The notes beneath the pieces were generated by a model that worked only from the letters and a program-made list of their open reading frames with translations, searched no databases and was not told where the DNA came from. DNA of 64,000 bases from Amoebophrya sp. A120 (lineage: Eukaryota > Protista > Dinoflagellata), in contig CAJINV010000017.1 of NCBI GenBank assembly GCA_905178155.1, positions 1,170,722-1,234,721 of the forward strand, read 5' to 3'. Within the stretch, counting starts at the first letter, position 1, and the number at the start of each line of letters is the position of its first letter. Shown piece after piece: positions 39,101 to 51,585 of this stretch. The position numbers and the translations under genes are program-made.

Positions 39101-42100
39101 CCAGGTGGAGCTGCAACAGACGCAGGACTCCCCGACGCAGTACTGCCTCGTTTTGGAAAACCTACCCCGCCATGTGCTCGACGGGAGTGTTGTGTCCGCG
39201 TTTCTGGAGCAGAAGTTGACGCACTTGCTGAATATGAATTCGACAGCGCTGGTAGAAGGCCAATATTACGCGGGACGAGATCTTCATAGTGTAGCTGATT
39301 CACAATTCTTGCCAAATGGCACTAGAACATCTTCTTCTTCACGAACTTCTAAGAACAGCTCCCCAGCAGCTGCATCACAACCTCAACCTCACGCCGTCCG
39401 CATCATCGGGACTAGCATTGCGTACGACTTTTACACGAAGAAGGAGGAAGTGTACGAGGAGTGCCTAGATTGGCTGGATTTCTCCCGACACTTGGCCGAT
39501 TCCTCCCGGCGTTTCTTCGCCAGGTCGCTGCATTCCGGCACTTTTTTCAACCGTTCCACGTCCTCGCCTGTGCAGTCGCCAAGGAGCGCGGGGGGCGGCG
39601 GACATCCCGGAAGGAGCCGGTCCACCGATATGCTGGCAGCAGCGGCCGCGGGTCGTGTTCCAGCCTTCTCCACCTCCGCTGGAACTAGTTCAGAAAGCAG
39701 GACGCCGGCGAACCGGGCGATCGAGGTCGATTTGTCGTCTACCGGCGCCGCTGCTGTCGCTTTTTCGCCTGTAGCAAAGGGGGCACAGACAGAAGTATCT
39801 TCGTCAAAACTTGTAAATCAGCAAGAAGCGAATAAAACCACGAGTAGTAGCAAAAACACAGCATCTGCCTCCACCTCGCCAGACAGGACTACGGGAAGTA
39901 GGAAGATAAAACTCGTTTCCAACACGGTGCAAACGGACGCGCTGTCCTCCAAAATGTTCGACACGTTGATCGAGCTCGACGAACGAACGACGAAGACGCG
40001 GAAGCTTGAAAGAAAGTCCCAACTTGCCATGCTGGACAACCTCTTCATGCAGTTCGTCGGACTGAGAGAGAACAAGCCGCTACCGCTGAAAAACACTGGG
40101 AAGGCGTATGTGGTTTTTGAGAGGAAGGAGGACGCAGCAAGGATCCTTTTGTTAGCAGACCGCTTGCACCAGCAACGCGAATACGAAAAGTGGAAAAGGG
40201 GGGAAAATTTGCTGCTCCACCGACTGCATTCGCCGTGGTTGGTGAGAAGTGTGTCATCTGGAGCTGGGGGATTTTTCGGGACGCCAGGAGCAGCTCCGTT
40301 GTTTCGACTTCCTTCATCGGGTATGGAGGTCGTGCAACAGCCTCTGGCGTCAAAATCGTCGACAGCTCAAGATCGTCAGATGGCTGATCATCACGCAGAA
40401 GAAGAGACATCAGGTACTGCTACAACGATGTCAACAAGAGCAAGGCGCTTTTTTCGAAAAACGCTAGGGCTGTTTTCGTTACCGAGGATACGGTTTTTGT
40501 CGTCCACAAGAACAGCAACTGGAAGAGCTACATCAGCCTCACACCGACCCGGGCACCAGCATCAACCGCAGCCATCCGCCGAAGAGTTGCTCCGGATTGA
40601 GAACGCGGTTTTGGAAATTCCGCTGGATGCTCTTCCCGCAGAATTGCCCGACAGTAGACAAAATTCATTTGGAGCAGTAGAAGTAGACCGATCCAACGCT
40701 AGCACTACTTTGTCGTCCGCAGTCGGCAATATAAATTCCAGCACTGTTGACTGCACCACGGCGCCAGGTCGGGCGCTGGTTTACAGCCGCGCCTTCGAAA
40801 AGCAGTACGGGGGGAGACAGTGCCGCCCACGGTTGCTCAGGACCTTGCGATACAGCGCAACGGGACATGAGGGCTCGTTGTCACACCAAGAGGGCGGTGG
40901 TCGGGTATAGGTTCATCTTCATGCTGATCACGTCCTTGCACTCGACGCTTTTCGTTGTTGTGAATTTTTTTTCTGCTACCTCGAAGCTCTTTGATAGCAT
41001 TAGCAAGATGCAAAATCGAAGGAAATAAAATCACAGGCAACCTCCGACCCAAGCTCCCCGCTTGGCGCCAATGCCGCCCCTGTCTCGACGGATAACATAC
41101 CCCCACCACCACCACCCACCGAATTGGACTTCATCACTCTGCGAAAAGCGAAAGATGACGAGCACCCGTTATTGCTTCATTGGGAAAACCTGACTTCCTG
41201 GGGCAATTTTTACCAGAAGATCTTCCTGGGCGTCACAATCGTCCTTTTCACGATGTTTTTGTGGACAGCACTGTACCTTACGTACGCGATTTTCTACATC
41301 ACACTGATTCCCAACATCCCGGGTTTGGGTGTTGACCAAACGTACTTGAAAGACGTGCTCCTCGGTCTGCTGATCACCGTCGGCAATGCGCTGCTGTACT
41401 TCGTCATCGACCGCGTAACGAAACAAGCGGGCTTTTCCTCCCGCGACAGCAGGGACCGGGCGGTTTTGGGGTTCAGCTTCATCGGAACCTTGCTCAACGT
41501 GGTGTGTGATTTGGCCATGGTAGCGTACGTCGCAAGGACTCAGCATTTGGAAACAATCTTTAGCAGCAGCAGCACTTCTTCTTCTGGGAGCTCCTTCGTC
41601 TCCTACGACCAAGTCCTCGGTCAGCAACTGTTCGCTTTGATTATGCCGGGCTATTTGATTCTGCCCTTCCTCGCCGCGCCGGTTTTCGAGCACGTCCTCC
41701 CGTTTTGGCTCTCGTTCTGGTTTATCCGGTCGAGATCCGGCGTTTTGCAGAAAGACGCAACGGAGGCCTTGCGAGCGAAGGACTTTGAGATCGCGTGGCG
41801 TTATGCGGATGTGCTGAACAACCTATCTATTTGCCTCCTCCTCTTTCTCTTTCCCGGCCCGAACGCGTGGCGGATTATGCTTGGGCTGTTCCTCTTCTCG
41901 GTCTTGATTTACGTCATTTATCCCTTGTGCAAAAGTATCGTATCTTCTTCGATGGTACGAAAAATCGCAGTCATACAGAAAAAAACGAAAACCTTTTATT
42001 TGTTTTCCAAGCGAAATATACGATTACGATTATGAGCATGAGAAATTATTCCATTTGCAAATGCCACGTTCAGCTCCTGCCAATCTGTATCGCAATTCCT

Positions 42101-43212
42101 ATCAGTGCTAGTCCCGCGAACGCGATATTACTTTTGCAATGCATATGCTTGATCGGTATCTGTTCTTCAAGCAGACGACGGTCACATTCTACCCCACGAT
42201 CGGTTTGGCGAATAGCTTCGCGTACTGGTTCGTCGTTCCAACTGGGATTATATGCATTGCAAATATGTCTGGCTTCTGGGCGTGAGAAGCAAAAGTCACC
42301 CACTTTTGGGCACCAATTAGCGAGTGTATTTCTGATGCGGCACACTGGCAATGAATTAAAATTCCCGAGCCTCCTCATCAAAATTTGTAATGGTGCGCTC
42401 CTTATTGCTCTTCCAGACCTTCTAGGCCATGCGAAGCCTGCGCGTGACAGTGGATCTAGCAACCATTTTCCAGACGCAGACATGTTTGCAGTGCATACAT
42501 TCTGGCTGTCGCCGTGGCGTACTGGGGGACAAAAGCGTTCGACCCCGTGGAGGACTACCTGACGTTTCTGAAATACGATTTCTTCAACCCAGGAAGGCAG
42601 AATATCAAAGACGGGACAACCGGCTCAGGGTCCTTTCTCTTGGCACTAAACCTGCCGTGGTCCGTGTGGTTTTGCTTGCTTGCGGTGGTGCTGCATGTGG
42701 TGAGCTATTTGTCTCTTTTGCGCACCCTGATACGGAATTTCAAGGCCTACACCAGCTTGGCCAACTACGGTCAAATAATCCTCGACGGGGGTGGAGAACA
42801 ACAAGCTGGGAGGAAGTTCTCGTCGTCCACTTATTCCTCCTACCTGTTCCGTCAGTACTTGCTCTCGCCCGGAACGAGACCCAAATTGGTCCTGCCCGCA
42901 GTAGCAACAGCAGGAAACAATGTGAATGCGTCGACGAACAGCAACACTGCTTCTGAACAAGATCCCGATAGACGAGAAGTAGATCATGCAGCTCATAGTA
43001 GTACTCAATTTCTAAAGAAACTTGCCCAAAAGCGCATTTCGCAGAAGTCCATCGCCACGTATTTCAATACGAATCCGATCTACTGTCTACGAAGCCGGTA
43101 CCTAGGCCCAGATGCGTCCGGATGGAAAATGGTGCGCAACGCGCTGCATTTGAGCGAGAAGACTTGTTTTCCCTTCATGCGCGGGGTGTATCCAAACTTC
43201 AGCAAGTTCTGA
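36174..43212 (+). CDS. OSCA/CSC1/TMEM63-like mechanosensitive channel with signal peptide and Cys-rich N-terminal ectodomain
   Basis: Family-like motifs GKGVALYFNWL, YCLVLENLP, GKAYVVFE, LHWENL and YVIDRYL, with many TM helices. GT-AG intron 40905-41036; TA-type introns 41919-42150 and 42251-42502. Confidence 0.75.
41919..42145. mobile_element. TA-bounded intronic element, family F1
   Basis: TCATT|TATCCCTTGTGCAAAAGTATCG...CGATATTACTTTTGCAATGCATA|TGCTT; spliced product YVIDRYLFF. Confidence 0.88.
42251..42497. mobile_element. TA-bounded intronic element, family F2
   Basis: GATTA|TATGCATTGCAAATATGTCTGG...CCAGACGCAGACATGTTTGCAGTGCATA|CATTC; frame restored. Confidence 0.88.
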
Positions 43213-44448
43213 GGCGGCACGTGGTTCACTTGCGCTTGTCGTGCCAAGAACGCCGGTGCGTGTGCACGCTGATGCTGAAGATACGATACATACTCTGAGA
43301 AATAAACTACACACAAGGAATGCATCATGTAGTTCATGATGTCGCGAGTTTTTTCTTTTCCACATCGTAATCGAAGCCTTCACGACGTCGGACATGTATT
43401 GAATTTGAAGCACGGACCGCAAATTCGCGGATAGCGCTGTTGCAACACCGTCATGCACTGCAAGAGAGAGAGACCCTTCAAGAATCATTGATGACTTCGT
43501 GTCAGAGACAAGTTTCATGTGTTGTTTTTTCCGCTCACAAGAAAGGAGCCAAGCATGGTACTAGCAAGATGAAGCAAGCAGAAGCACTACTCTACACCTG
43601 AGTCTGGTGTATGAAGCACAAGGACCTAGAGACAGCGGCTCTGTTGTTCAGAGAGTATCACCATCAGGACGCTCGCGTTCGACGTACACGTACGCCGTCA
43701 AATTGACACAGAAAAAAATCGGTGTCTGTCGATCTACCTCCTCGTGACTCTTCGTTCAGTACAGTCATCGGTGAAAGTTGTTTGAGGTACTACATATTGA
43801 GCACTAGCATCGGTGGCTTAGTTTTCTGGATAGTCCAATAAGTACTAATTTTCTTCTTGATTTTTCCTTCGCGATATTCGGTTTTCGACTTCTACAGTTG
43901 ATGCATCTTTAACTTCGCGATGAACAAGTGAATATCGTATCAATCGTTGTCACAGCATCAAGACGATTGATTAGGTACAATTTCGGTTGAAAATCAATGT
44001 AAAGCCTCCTCCACTACTGTCGGTTTTAGTCACAGTTTATCCTCCAGTGCAGTGCTTTCGGCTTCCTGGTCGCATAATAAATTCGGTTGGTGTTGCCTTT
44101 CTTCGATTTTGACTTTCTCTTCGTGGACACTTCTCGAAAAATTGGTGGCTGCGTCCTCCGGAAAATAGCATATGTGCGGCGTGTAGGAATGGAAGTGAAA
44201 CTCGTCTAAAATCTTATCGGATTTTTCGAACTACTTACAGCAGAACTTACACGTATTTTTACCGCAACACCACCCTCTGCCCCCCGGCAAACGTCAATTC
44301 TATCGAACAAGTGAAGCTCACTTTGCAGTTTTACGCATAAGCACTCAACTCATTTGTTATTGTTTTTGTATTTCACGAGACGGAAAGAAATAAAGAAAAA
44401 GAAATTGGCTCAATACCACGAATCACATCAACTTCAACAGCGAACAAG

Positions 44449-47400
44449 ATGTCAAGAACAACTGCGTCTACATTCGCTCCCACTCCAGGGGGCCGAGTTC
44501 TTCCTGGTCGAGGAGTGGCGCCTCTCTTCCTCCGTCAGCTTCTTTTTGGAGGCGCCGCAGCTGCTAATGCGAGCTCTTATCCTACAGAAAAGCAAAAGTA
44601 GTACTACACTCTTCATTCCACCAGCACGGTTATGGTACAACCCGAAAATAATCTGTCATGCAAAATGCGGAGAATAAGGGAAGGGATCAGAAATAGAATT
44701 GGTACCGCCACCACGCAGATCATTTGTGATGCTGAACGCACAAGAACAGCAAGCCCAAGCGTTTTTGTTTTTGTTACGTAAAGTGACCGGATCAACACAT
44801 CATATAAACGTCTTTAGCTCAGAAACTGAAAATACCAGTGTGCTGTTGCCGTTTTTCTGTTGGATACCCGCATCAACTCAATCCCCGTGGCGATGCAAGA
44901 CACGACTCTTACCATCGGATTGAAATTGCCGGCGTCGGTGATATCATCTTCAAATGCGGGGAGCGATACCACGAGCCTTACAACTACAACCAGTGCGCCA
45001 ACCACGAGCTCGACGCCGGGTGCGACTTCTTCCCCCACACTCACGACCTCCACAACTCCCGCACCATCAGGGGGTGCTGTCACGACCCCCGACCCCTTGC
45101 TCGGCACCGGGTCGCTGCTTCAGCCGATCAGCAGCGAGGACCCGCGGACCACTGTCGACGTCGCGTTCGGCCAGTTGGGGCACACCCACCCCATGCGGGT
45201 GTACGAGAATTTTTCGAAGCACAAAGCCGCCGGGCCGTACCAAACGAACCGGTTCTGGGCCAACTGGGCGTTCAGCGGGCTGCGGTACGGTCCGTGGAGC
45301 GGCCAGGACGAAGATTTGATGCGCATGAAACTGCTCTACGGGTACAAAACTTCCGACCCGATCTACGTCGGCACGTATGGACTTCGGTGGATGGACGGCG
45401 CTTTGGGGGTGCTGTGCGAGCCGCACAGACTGAAGTCCAGCACGCAATTCGCGCAGGAGAAGCAAGGCACCAACGGGTTCCCTTCCACCGGACAGGAAAC
45501 CTTTTCCGCCGCGGGGCAGCAGTGGATGGCGCAGAGTGGAAACCTGGCCAAGTTCGCGAACGAACCCCACGCCTACAGCTACACACGGCCGGTCGGGTTG
45601 AACGAAGTGTCGCTGTTTATTGACGCCTTGGAGCTGATGGAACCGCAGGGCGCCACCCCGCAGCGCGAGTACGAGATCGTGAAAGAGGGTCTCCTCGGGA
45701 TCCACGCGACCTCCACCGCGACGGCCTCCGGGTCGAAAATCCTTTACCCGATCTACAACGGAATGGCGTACGTTTCGGCGTACTACGACGGGAACGACGA
45801 TTTGACGCCGGTCTTGCTGTTCAACGCCATCCGCCCGACTTCGGTGCTCAAAAGGGGTCAATACCAGTACGCGCAGGACAATTTCGGCGTTGAGCAGCAC
45901 TCCTGGGACTTCACGCTGGATGCGAACCAGGGGGGCGCAGTGTACCGTGTGTATTTGTTGCCGACCAGCACTAGTACATCGCCGTCGACCAACTTTCACT
46001 GGAACTCGGACCCGGTGCTGCAGTCGCCCAACAAGAAGCTGCGCATGGTGCAGCTGAACCAGAAATTCCAAGGGTGGTTGCGGGTCGCGCAAGTGCAGTC
46101 TAGCGGGAAGAAGTACGAAGACAACGTCGAGCGGCCGACTCTGCGCTGCAGGGCGTCGACGAAGTCTTGGACAGAGACGCGAACCGAGTGCGCGGACGAT
46201 GGCTACGACATCTCCGCCTCGGCGGTCTTGTACGACTTGGGGGTCGACCTCCACGCCACGCAAGGCGGTCTTCTGAAGTACCAGTTCAAGCACCCACCGA
46301 CGGCGATGCGGCCCGGAGGTAGTTCTCCTGCGGGTTCCGCGGGCAGCACTGGAGCTCCGCAGCACATGCACTTCGCCTACCAAACGCACCTGCGGCACTT
46401 GCGGAGTTACACCGCGGGAACAAATTCGGTTTATTCGATTCTGAATCTGCAGTTCCAATCGCACTCCCAGGGCTGGATGACGGGGGTGCGCGGCTCCGTC
46501 TGGGAAATGCTGCCGAACCTGCTCGCCGAGACTTATCAGCTGGATTTCCTGCCGCCCGGCGACACCACGGGGGTGCTGGACGTGGTCAGCGGCGGCGTGC
46601 ACACAAATCTCGGGCAGCAGTTTCGAGACGATTTTGTGCACTACAAGTACGGGGGCGAGAACAACTACGGGGCGCACAACTCCGTGCCCGCGGTTGGGGC
46701 GGTGTAGAATGCCGGAAAGAAGTACCAGAAGTTTGCCACCTACTGCCTCCTGGCGGAGAAGGTTGCCAACGCGCCGAACACCGGGGTTGCGGACTTGGCC
46801 GAAGACGTGGAGAACCAGGACCTCTGCCCGAAGATTTTGAAGGAGCTGTTTCTGTGCTGGATCGACCCGGCGCAGGCCTTCTGCGCACACCAGTCCAAGC
46901 TCCAGGTGCCGCTCGTGTACGAGCCCAAATTTGGCGGACTGGTGAACCCGAAGCTGACGCCCAACGCGGCGGCCAAGGCGAACAACATCGACGAGCAGAC
47001 GCAAGGGATCGGAGACTACTGCAATGCGGACTTCGGGAACATCTGCTTCAACGACCAGCACTACCACTACGGGTATTTGGTGTACTCAGCGGCGGTCCTG
47101 ATGAAGTACAACGGCGCGGAGATTTTGCAGGAGGGAGGCCTGGAAAAGAACAAAATCGTGAACTTTGTGCACGGTCTGCTCCGCGCGGTGGCCAACCCGG
47201 CCCAAAACTACCACGACATCGACGTGACCGCGCCTTCCGACCCGTATTTTCCCATGTTTCGCTTCTTCGACCTGTTCGATCTGCACTCCTGGTCGCGGGG
47301 CTTGCAGCACAACACCTTCGGGAAAGACCAGGAGTCCACCTCGGAGGAGATCAACTTTTACCACGGCGCGCAGTTGTGGGGTCGCTGGATGAAAAAGCAC

Positions 47401-50400
47401 GGCCAGGCTCTGGGGTTATCCGAGTACGCGGAGCTCGGGGCCCGGCTGGAGACCATCTTTACCGTCCTCACCGCACTGAACGCGCAGTCGATCTGGACCT
47501 TTTACCAGATGGAAGAATACGAAGACTTCGGCGACATCCACCCGCTCGAGTTCGCGCGGAACCACTGCGTGGGCATGCTGTACCAGAACGAGGTGAAGTA
47601 CAGCACCTGGTTTGGCCCCGCGAAGGAGTACATCCACGGCATCCAGATGATGCCGCTGACCACCGCCCTGCGGCTGGCGCGGGACCCGGAGTTCATGAAA
47701 CTGGAATACTACGACACCTTCGACTGCAAGGATCCGGCGAACTACGCAACCGACGCCTACTCCTGCGTGGCCCCGTGTCCGGCCCAGGACATTTCGATCG
47801 TCGAGAACCACGTGCAGAACCTGGCGACGCTGCACAACGGGTTGAAAATGTGGATCGGCCAGATTGCCACCGGCAACATGGCCCTCACCGACGACCTGGC
47901 GGCCCAGAAGCGGGCGTACAACATCCTGCGGGACTGGAACCCGGCCCACCGGAGTGTGGACGCGGGCGCCAGTCTGTTGTTCTACAACTATTGGGTTCTG
48001 AAAATTGCGGAGGCCGTCGGGAACGACGTCACCGAGGGCGGGGCGGTTCTGCCGAAGCTAAGCGGCGGCCTTGATTCGACGCAGTCCGCCGTTGTCGATG
48101 CGGTAAAGATGGCGGCCCACCGCGGCGTGGGCAAGGCCTACTGCAACGCGATTTCGGGCATTGGCAAAATCTTCCCGTCGCCCTTGGTGTGCCAGCACGC
48201 GTTTATGGGTACGCCCGGTATCACAAACGTACCCTTGAGCACACACTTCGGAGTGACGGTCTGGTATGCGACCCTTACCGAGCAGGGTCCTTATCTCAAC
48301 CCCGCCGACCCATCTCCGTCGTCAATAACCTTGGTGAGTGACATGTTCGCCACCAGTGCGCCGGGAGGTGGTACAGCTACGACAAGTACTAATCCCCCAG
48401 CCTCAAGTAGTAGAACGTTGTCCTCGACGTCTCCCTATCCGCAAAAAAAGACCCATGATCTCCAGCCAAATTGTCATGCAAAACATGCGGAAAAGGTGCC
48501 TTTATTGACCGGGTCTGGTGGTGGGCAGTTCCTCCTGAATGGTCAATGTATGCCGCGGCGACTGATCGCGGTACTAGCGCTCGATTTTGTATGCAGTCCC
48601 CGCCGAAAGTGCTTCTATCTTCGCCCACCCACCGGGACGAGCAGATCCTTGGCCTGTCGCGCTGGGTGTGGGTCGTGCTCGTGTGGGTGTCCGCTACATG
48701 ATGATAATGATGATGCAAAAAATGGACGGGGATGGGTCTTTTTCTGTGGATACTCCCCGTCAGCTTTCTACTGCTCTTGAAGTTGTCGACGGAAAGATGA
48801 CGTACCGCTTATTCTTGCGAATATATCCGCGCCTATCCGAAGATGATATCCAGTGCAAATATGTCTGGGTCATCTGGAAATGCATTGTGATACTAAAATT
48901 AGGATGCTGTTCGTGGAAACACTTCCGAAAAATTAAATGCAACAACTTTGCAGAACGCTCCCCCAGACGCAGCCGGCATGGGAAGCTGCGTTTTTGTATG
49001 ACAAAAGGGGCTGCGACTCGTGTCGTTGGTCATCTTTTCACAGCGCAGTCTGTTTAGCACCATATACAGATTTCACAGAAATGTAAGGCCAGCGCTACAA
49101 GTGCGAACTTTCCAGACCCAGACACATTAGCAATTCATAGATGAGTCTGACAAACATAAGTTCACGCAAGAGGAACTCGACGCTGTATGAGGGTGCACAT
49201 CTCCGTCTTCTCCTCATTATCAAGGCAGGGCAACCAGAAACAGAGCCAGTGCCACTGATGCAGGGCATAACAAAACTCCGCGCACGGAATTTTCTAGCAC
49301 CGTTTGGGGTTGATCATCCGAAAAAACCTGTCATGCCAAGACTGCTGAAAGGCAACAATTGGATTTCGATTTCGTTTCATCTTGCATGATAAATGTCATG
49401 CAACGCGTCAATAATTGTTGTGTTGCTGGTCCTTTGCCAGTCGCGGGGCATGTTCGGGCGTTCCGGGCAGTGCCTTGTGCACCCCTCGGACCCCGCGCCC
49501 CCCCGGGCTTTAGTCGTGCAGTCTCAGACTGCGCGACTAATGTTAAGCATGACACTTGTCATGACGAGCAGAAGGAGGAGGTTGTCGCGCACTCTCATAC
49601 GCCGCTGCCAGGATGCTGTACCAGGTGAAAGCCGATCTGGAAAAAAGCGGTGGCAGTGAGGGTTTTCTGGACTCACTGGCGCCGAGCGTGAATGCCGAGC
49701 TGCAAGCCGCCGGGATAGACGGCGCGTCCGCTACAACCCAGGGACTCAGCGATGCCGGGCAAGGACTTATCGTTGACACGCCGCTAGTCACCGATGGAAC
49801 TTCTACCCTAACTACGTTGCCCCATCCCGATGCGAAGAGCATATCTGTCATCGTTTCCGAGAACGACACAGACGATGGACTGGTCGCCGCCCTGGTGGCC
49901 TTATTGATCGTCGTCGTTGTTGCTATTGCCGTTTGGTATTTTCGTTACTACAAAAGTGCTACTGCTAGTGATGTTCCGGCGCAGCAAGGAGGGCGTGGAT
50001 CAAGAAGTAGTCGCACTGGACGAGGGGAGGACAAACAGCGGGCCAACAAAAGAGAAGGTGCTCTCTCCTGGAAGCAGAAAGATTTTGCGCCATGGGAGGA
50101 GGATGCTGCCGTGTGGGACAATGATGATGCTGATTTTGTTGACGAAAACACTTTCTCCGCGGAGATTGAGATGCGGGAGGAGCCTTATGATCTTCGAAAA
50201 AACCGTCCCCCAGTTCGAATGCCTCCTCTTGCGCCCCCCAGCAGTACGCGTCTTCAGCCATTGTCCGCGAAGCGGCTGCAGCAGGCACCGCAAAGCACGC
50301 AGGAAAGAGGACAAGCCGCCGCAGCGTTGGCCGCAGCAGGAGCAGCTCCCACATCAAGAGCAGCGGCAGGGCCGCGGCGCGTGAGAGGACATCAAGGCGG

Positions 50401-50602
50401 AGGTGGACAAGTGACGAAAATAAATAAACTGACTTCATCCATCACGACAGAGGAAGTGGAGATCGAGGGTCGGAACAGCACCGGCAGCAAAGCGAGCAAG
50501 AAAAGCCGCTCCTCCCGAGGCTGGCGAGATGAAGATCAAACTTACAGCGCACCGGCTTCGACAGTGCAGCCAAAACCCAGGAAGAAGAGGAGCGACTTCT
50601 GA
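44449..50602 (+). CDS. Membrane-anchored GH81 endo-beta-1,3-glucanase with one in-frame TAG at 46705-46707
   Basis: GH81 motifs YQTNRFW, DFGNICFNDQHYHYGY, FRFFDLFDLHSWSRG, GKDQESTSE and TWFG..EYIHGIQMMP; Thr/Ser stalk; C-terminal TM GLVAALVALLIVVVVAIAVWYF. TA-type introns 44578-44871, 48436-48757, 48847-49144 and 49186-49604. Confidence 0.85.
44578..44866. mobile_element. TA-bounded intronic element, family F5
   Basis: TATCCTACAGAAAAG...TTTTTCTGTTGGATA; flanks diverged (GCTCT/CCCGC), but removing element plus 5 nt joins ATG 44449 in frame. Confidence 0.72.
48436..48752. mobile_element. TA-bounded intronic element, family F5
   Basis: CTCCC|TATCCGCAAAAAAAGACCCAT...ATGGGTCTTTTTCTGTGGATA|CTCCC. 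Confidence 0.9.
48847..49139. mobile_element. TA-bounded intronic element, family F2
   Basis: GATGA|TATCCAGTGCAAATATGTCTGGGTCATCTGGAAA...TTTCCAGACCCAGACACATTAGCAATTCATA|GATGA. Confidence 0.9.
49186..49599. mobile_element. TA-bounded intronic element
   Basis: CGCTG|TATGAGGGTGCAC...GCGCACTCTCATA|CGCCG; follows a 41-nt exon; spliced product ELDAAARMLYQ. Confidence 0.85.
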
Positions 50603-51585
50603 AGGAGTGCTAGTACAACTCCACGGACCTAGTACTTTTGTTCTGCTGGGATCATTCGGATTCGCAAACAAGAGCTTCAAGAAATCTAAATCTATTGACT
50701 CTACGCAAACATAATTTTTAACATTCAACACACTCACAACATTCATATTCTAAGTTCTCAACATAGTACTCAGCAACGTATCAAGAGGCCCTGCATTAAA
50801 GTTTCGAATTGAATAAAGATTTTCAAATACCTTATCCCATGAGAGGCCACTAATCGATCGGCATCCATTCGAGTGACGCAGCCACGCATGCGCAACGTAT
50901 ACGACACATACACGATGTTTCGCACAAAATGAGGCCGCAACGAGCCTCGTCTGCGGATTTCGGGGTTGTGGACCTCCTTGCCGTTCCCATCCGTTCTGGA
51001 AAGAACAATAGTATAAGTCAGTTCATCGGTCTTTACTTTTGTAATGCAAGCACAAGGAAGAAGGCTTTCGGTTCGCAGCTTTCCACGAAAAATAAATCGG
51101 CGTTTCTACTGAAGACGAATACAGCAGGACCTGTTGAAGAAGTAGTGTCAGTCGGTGTCGTTGATGATATGTTCAGCTTTAAGTACCTTGTCGGTCTCGT
51201 CTCCGTCTAACTATCGCAGTCAATATTTTTGATAAAACTGCGCTAAAAAGCGCGTGAATTTTCTGGTCGGTTAGTTTAACGTCTACCTCTACACCAGACA
51301 AGCGTCATTTGGTGTTTACTAGCCGCTGAACAAGTATTATCACTACTTCCCCTTATCCAGAGATTTAAGTTTGGACCACGTAAGCCCCGACATCCTGATG
51401 TGTTAAAAATCGTAGCTTCAAACTCATTTGATTGGCATCCTGTAAGACCCCGGAATTGCAACGCCCCCCTCTCCCTCGCAGTCACTTCATTGCTTCCACT
51501 ATAATTCTGTTGTAAAGCATATCCTTTAACTTACACTTTTACCAATCGATTTTCTACTCGATCGTTTACTGCTTACTGCAGAACA

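Noticed and set aside
46705-46707. Genome-wide stop-codon reassignment
   Set aside because: Multi-kb ORFs lack in-frame stops and all three stop codons terminate genes; this is the only internal stop.
45067-47067. 666-aa minus-strand ORF and other long antisense ORFs (e.g. 24341-25681)
   Set aside because: Antisense shadows of GC3-rich + strand genes with no recognisable motifs.
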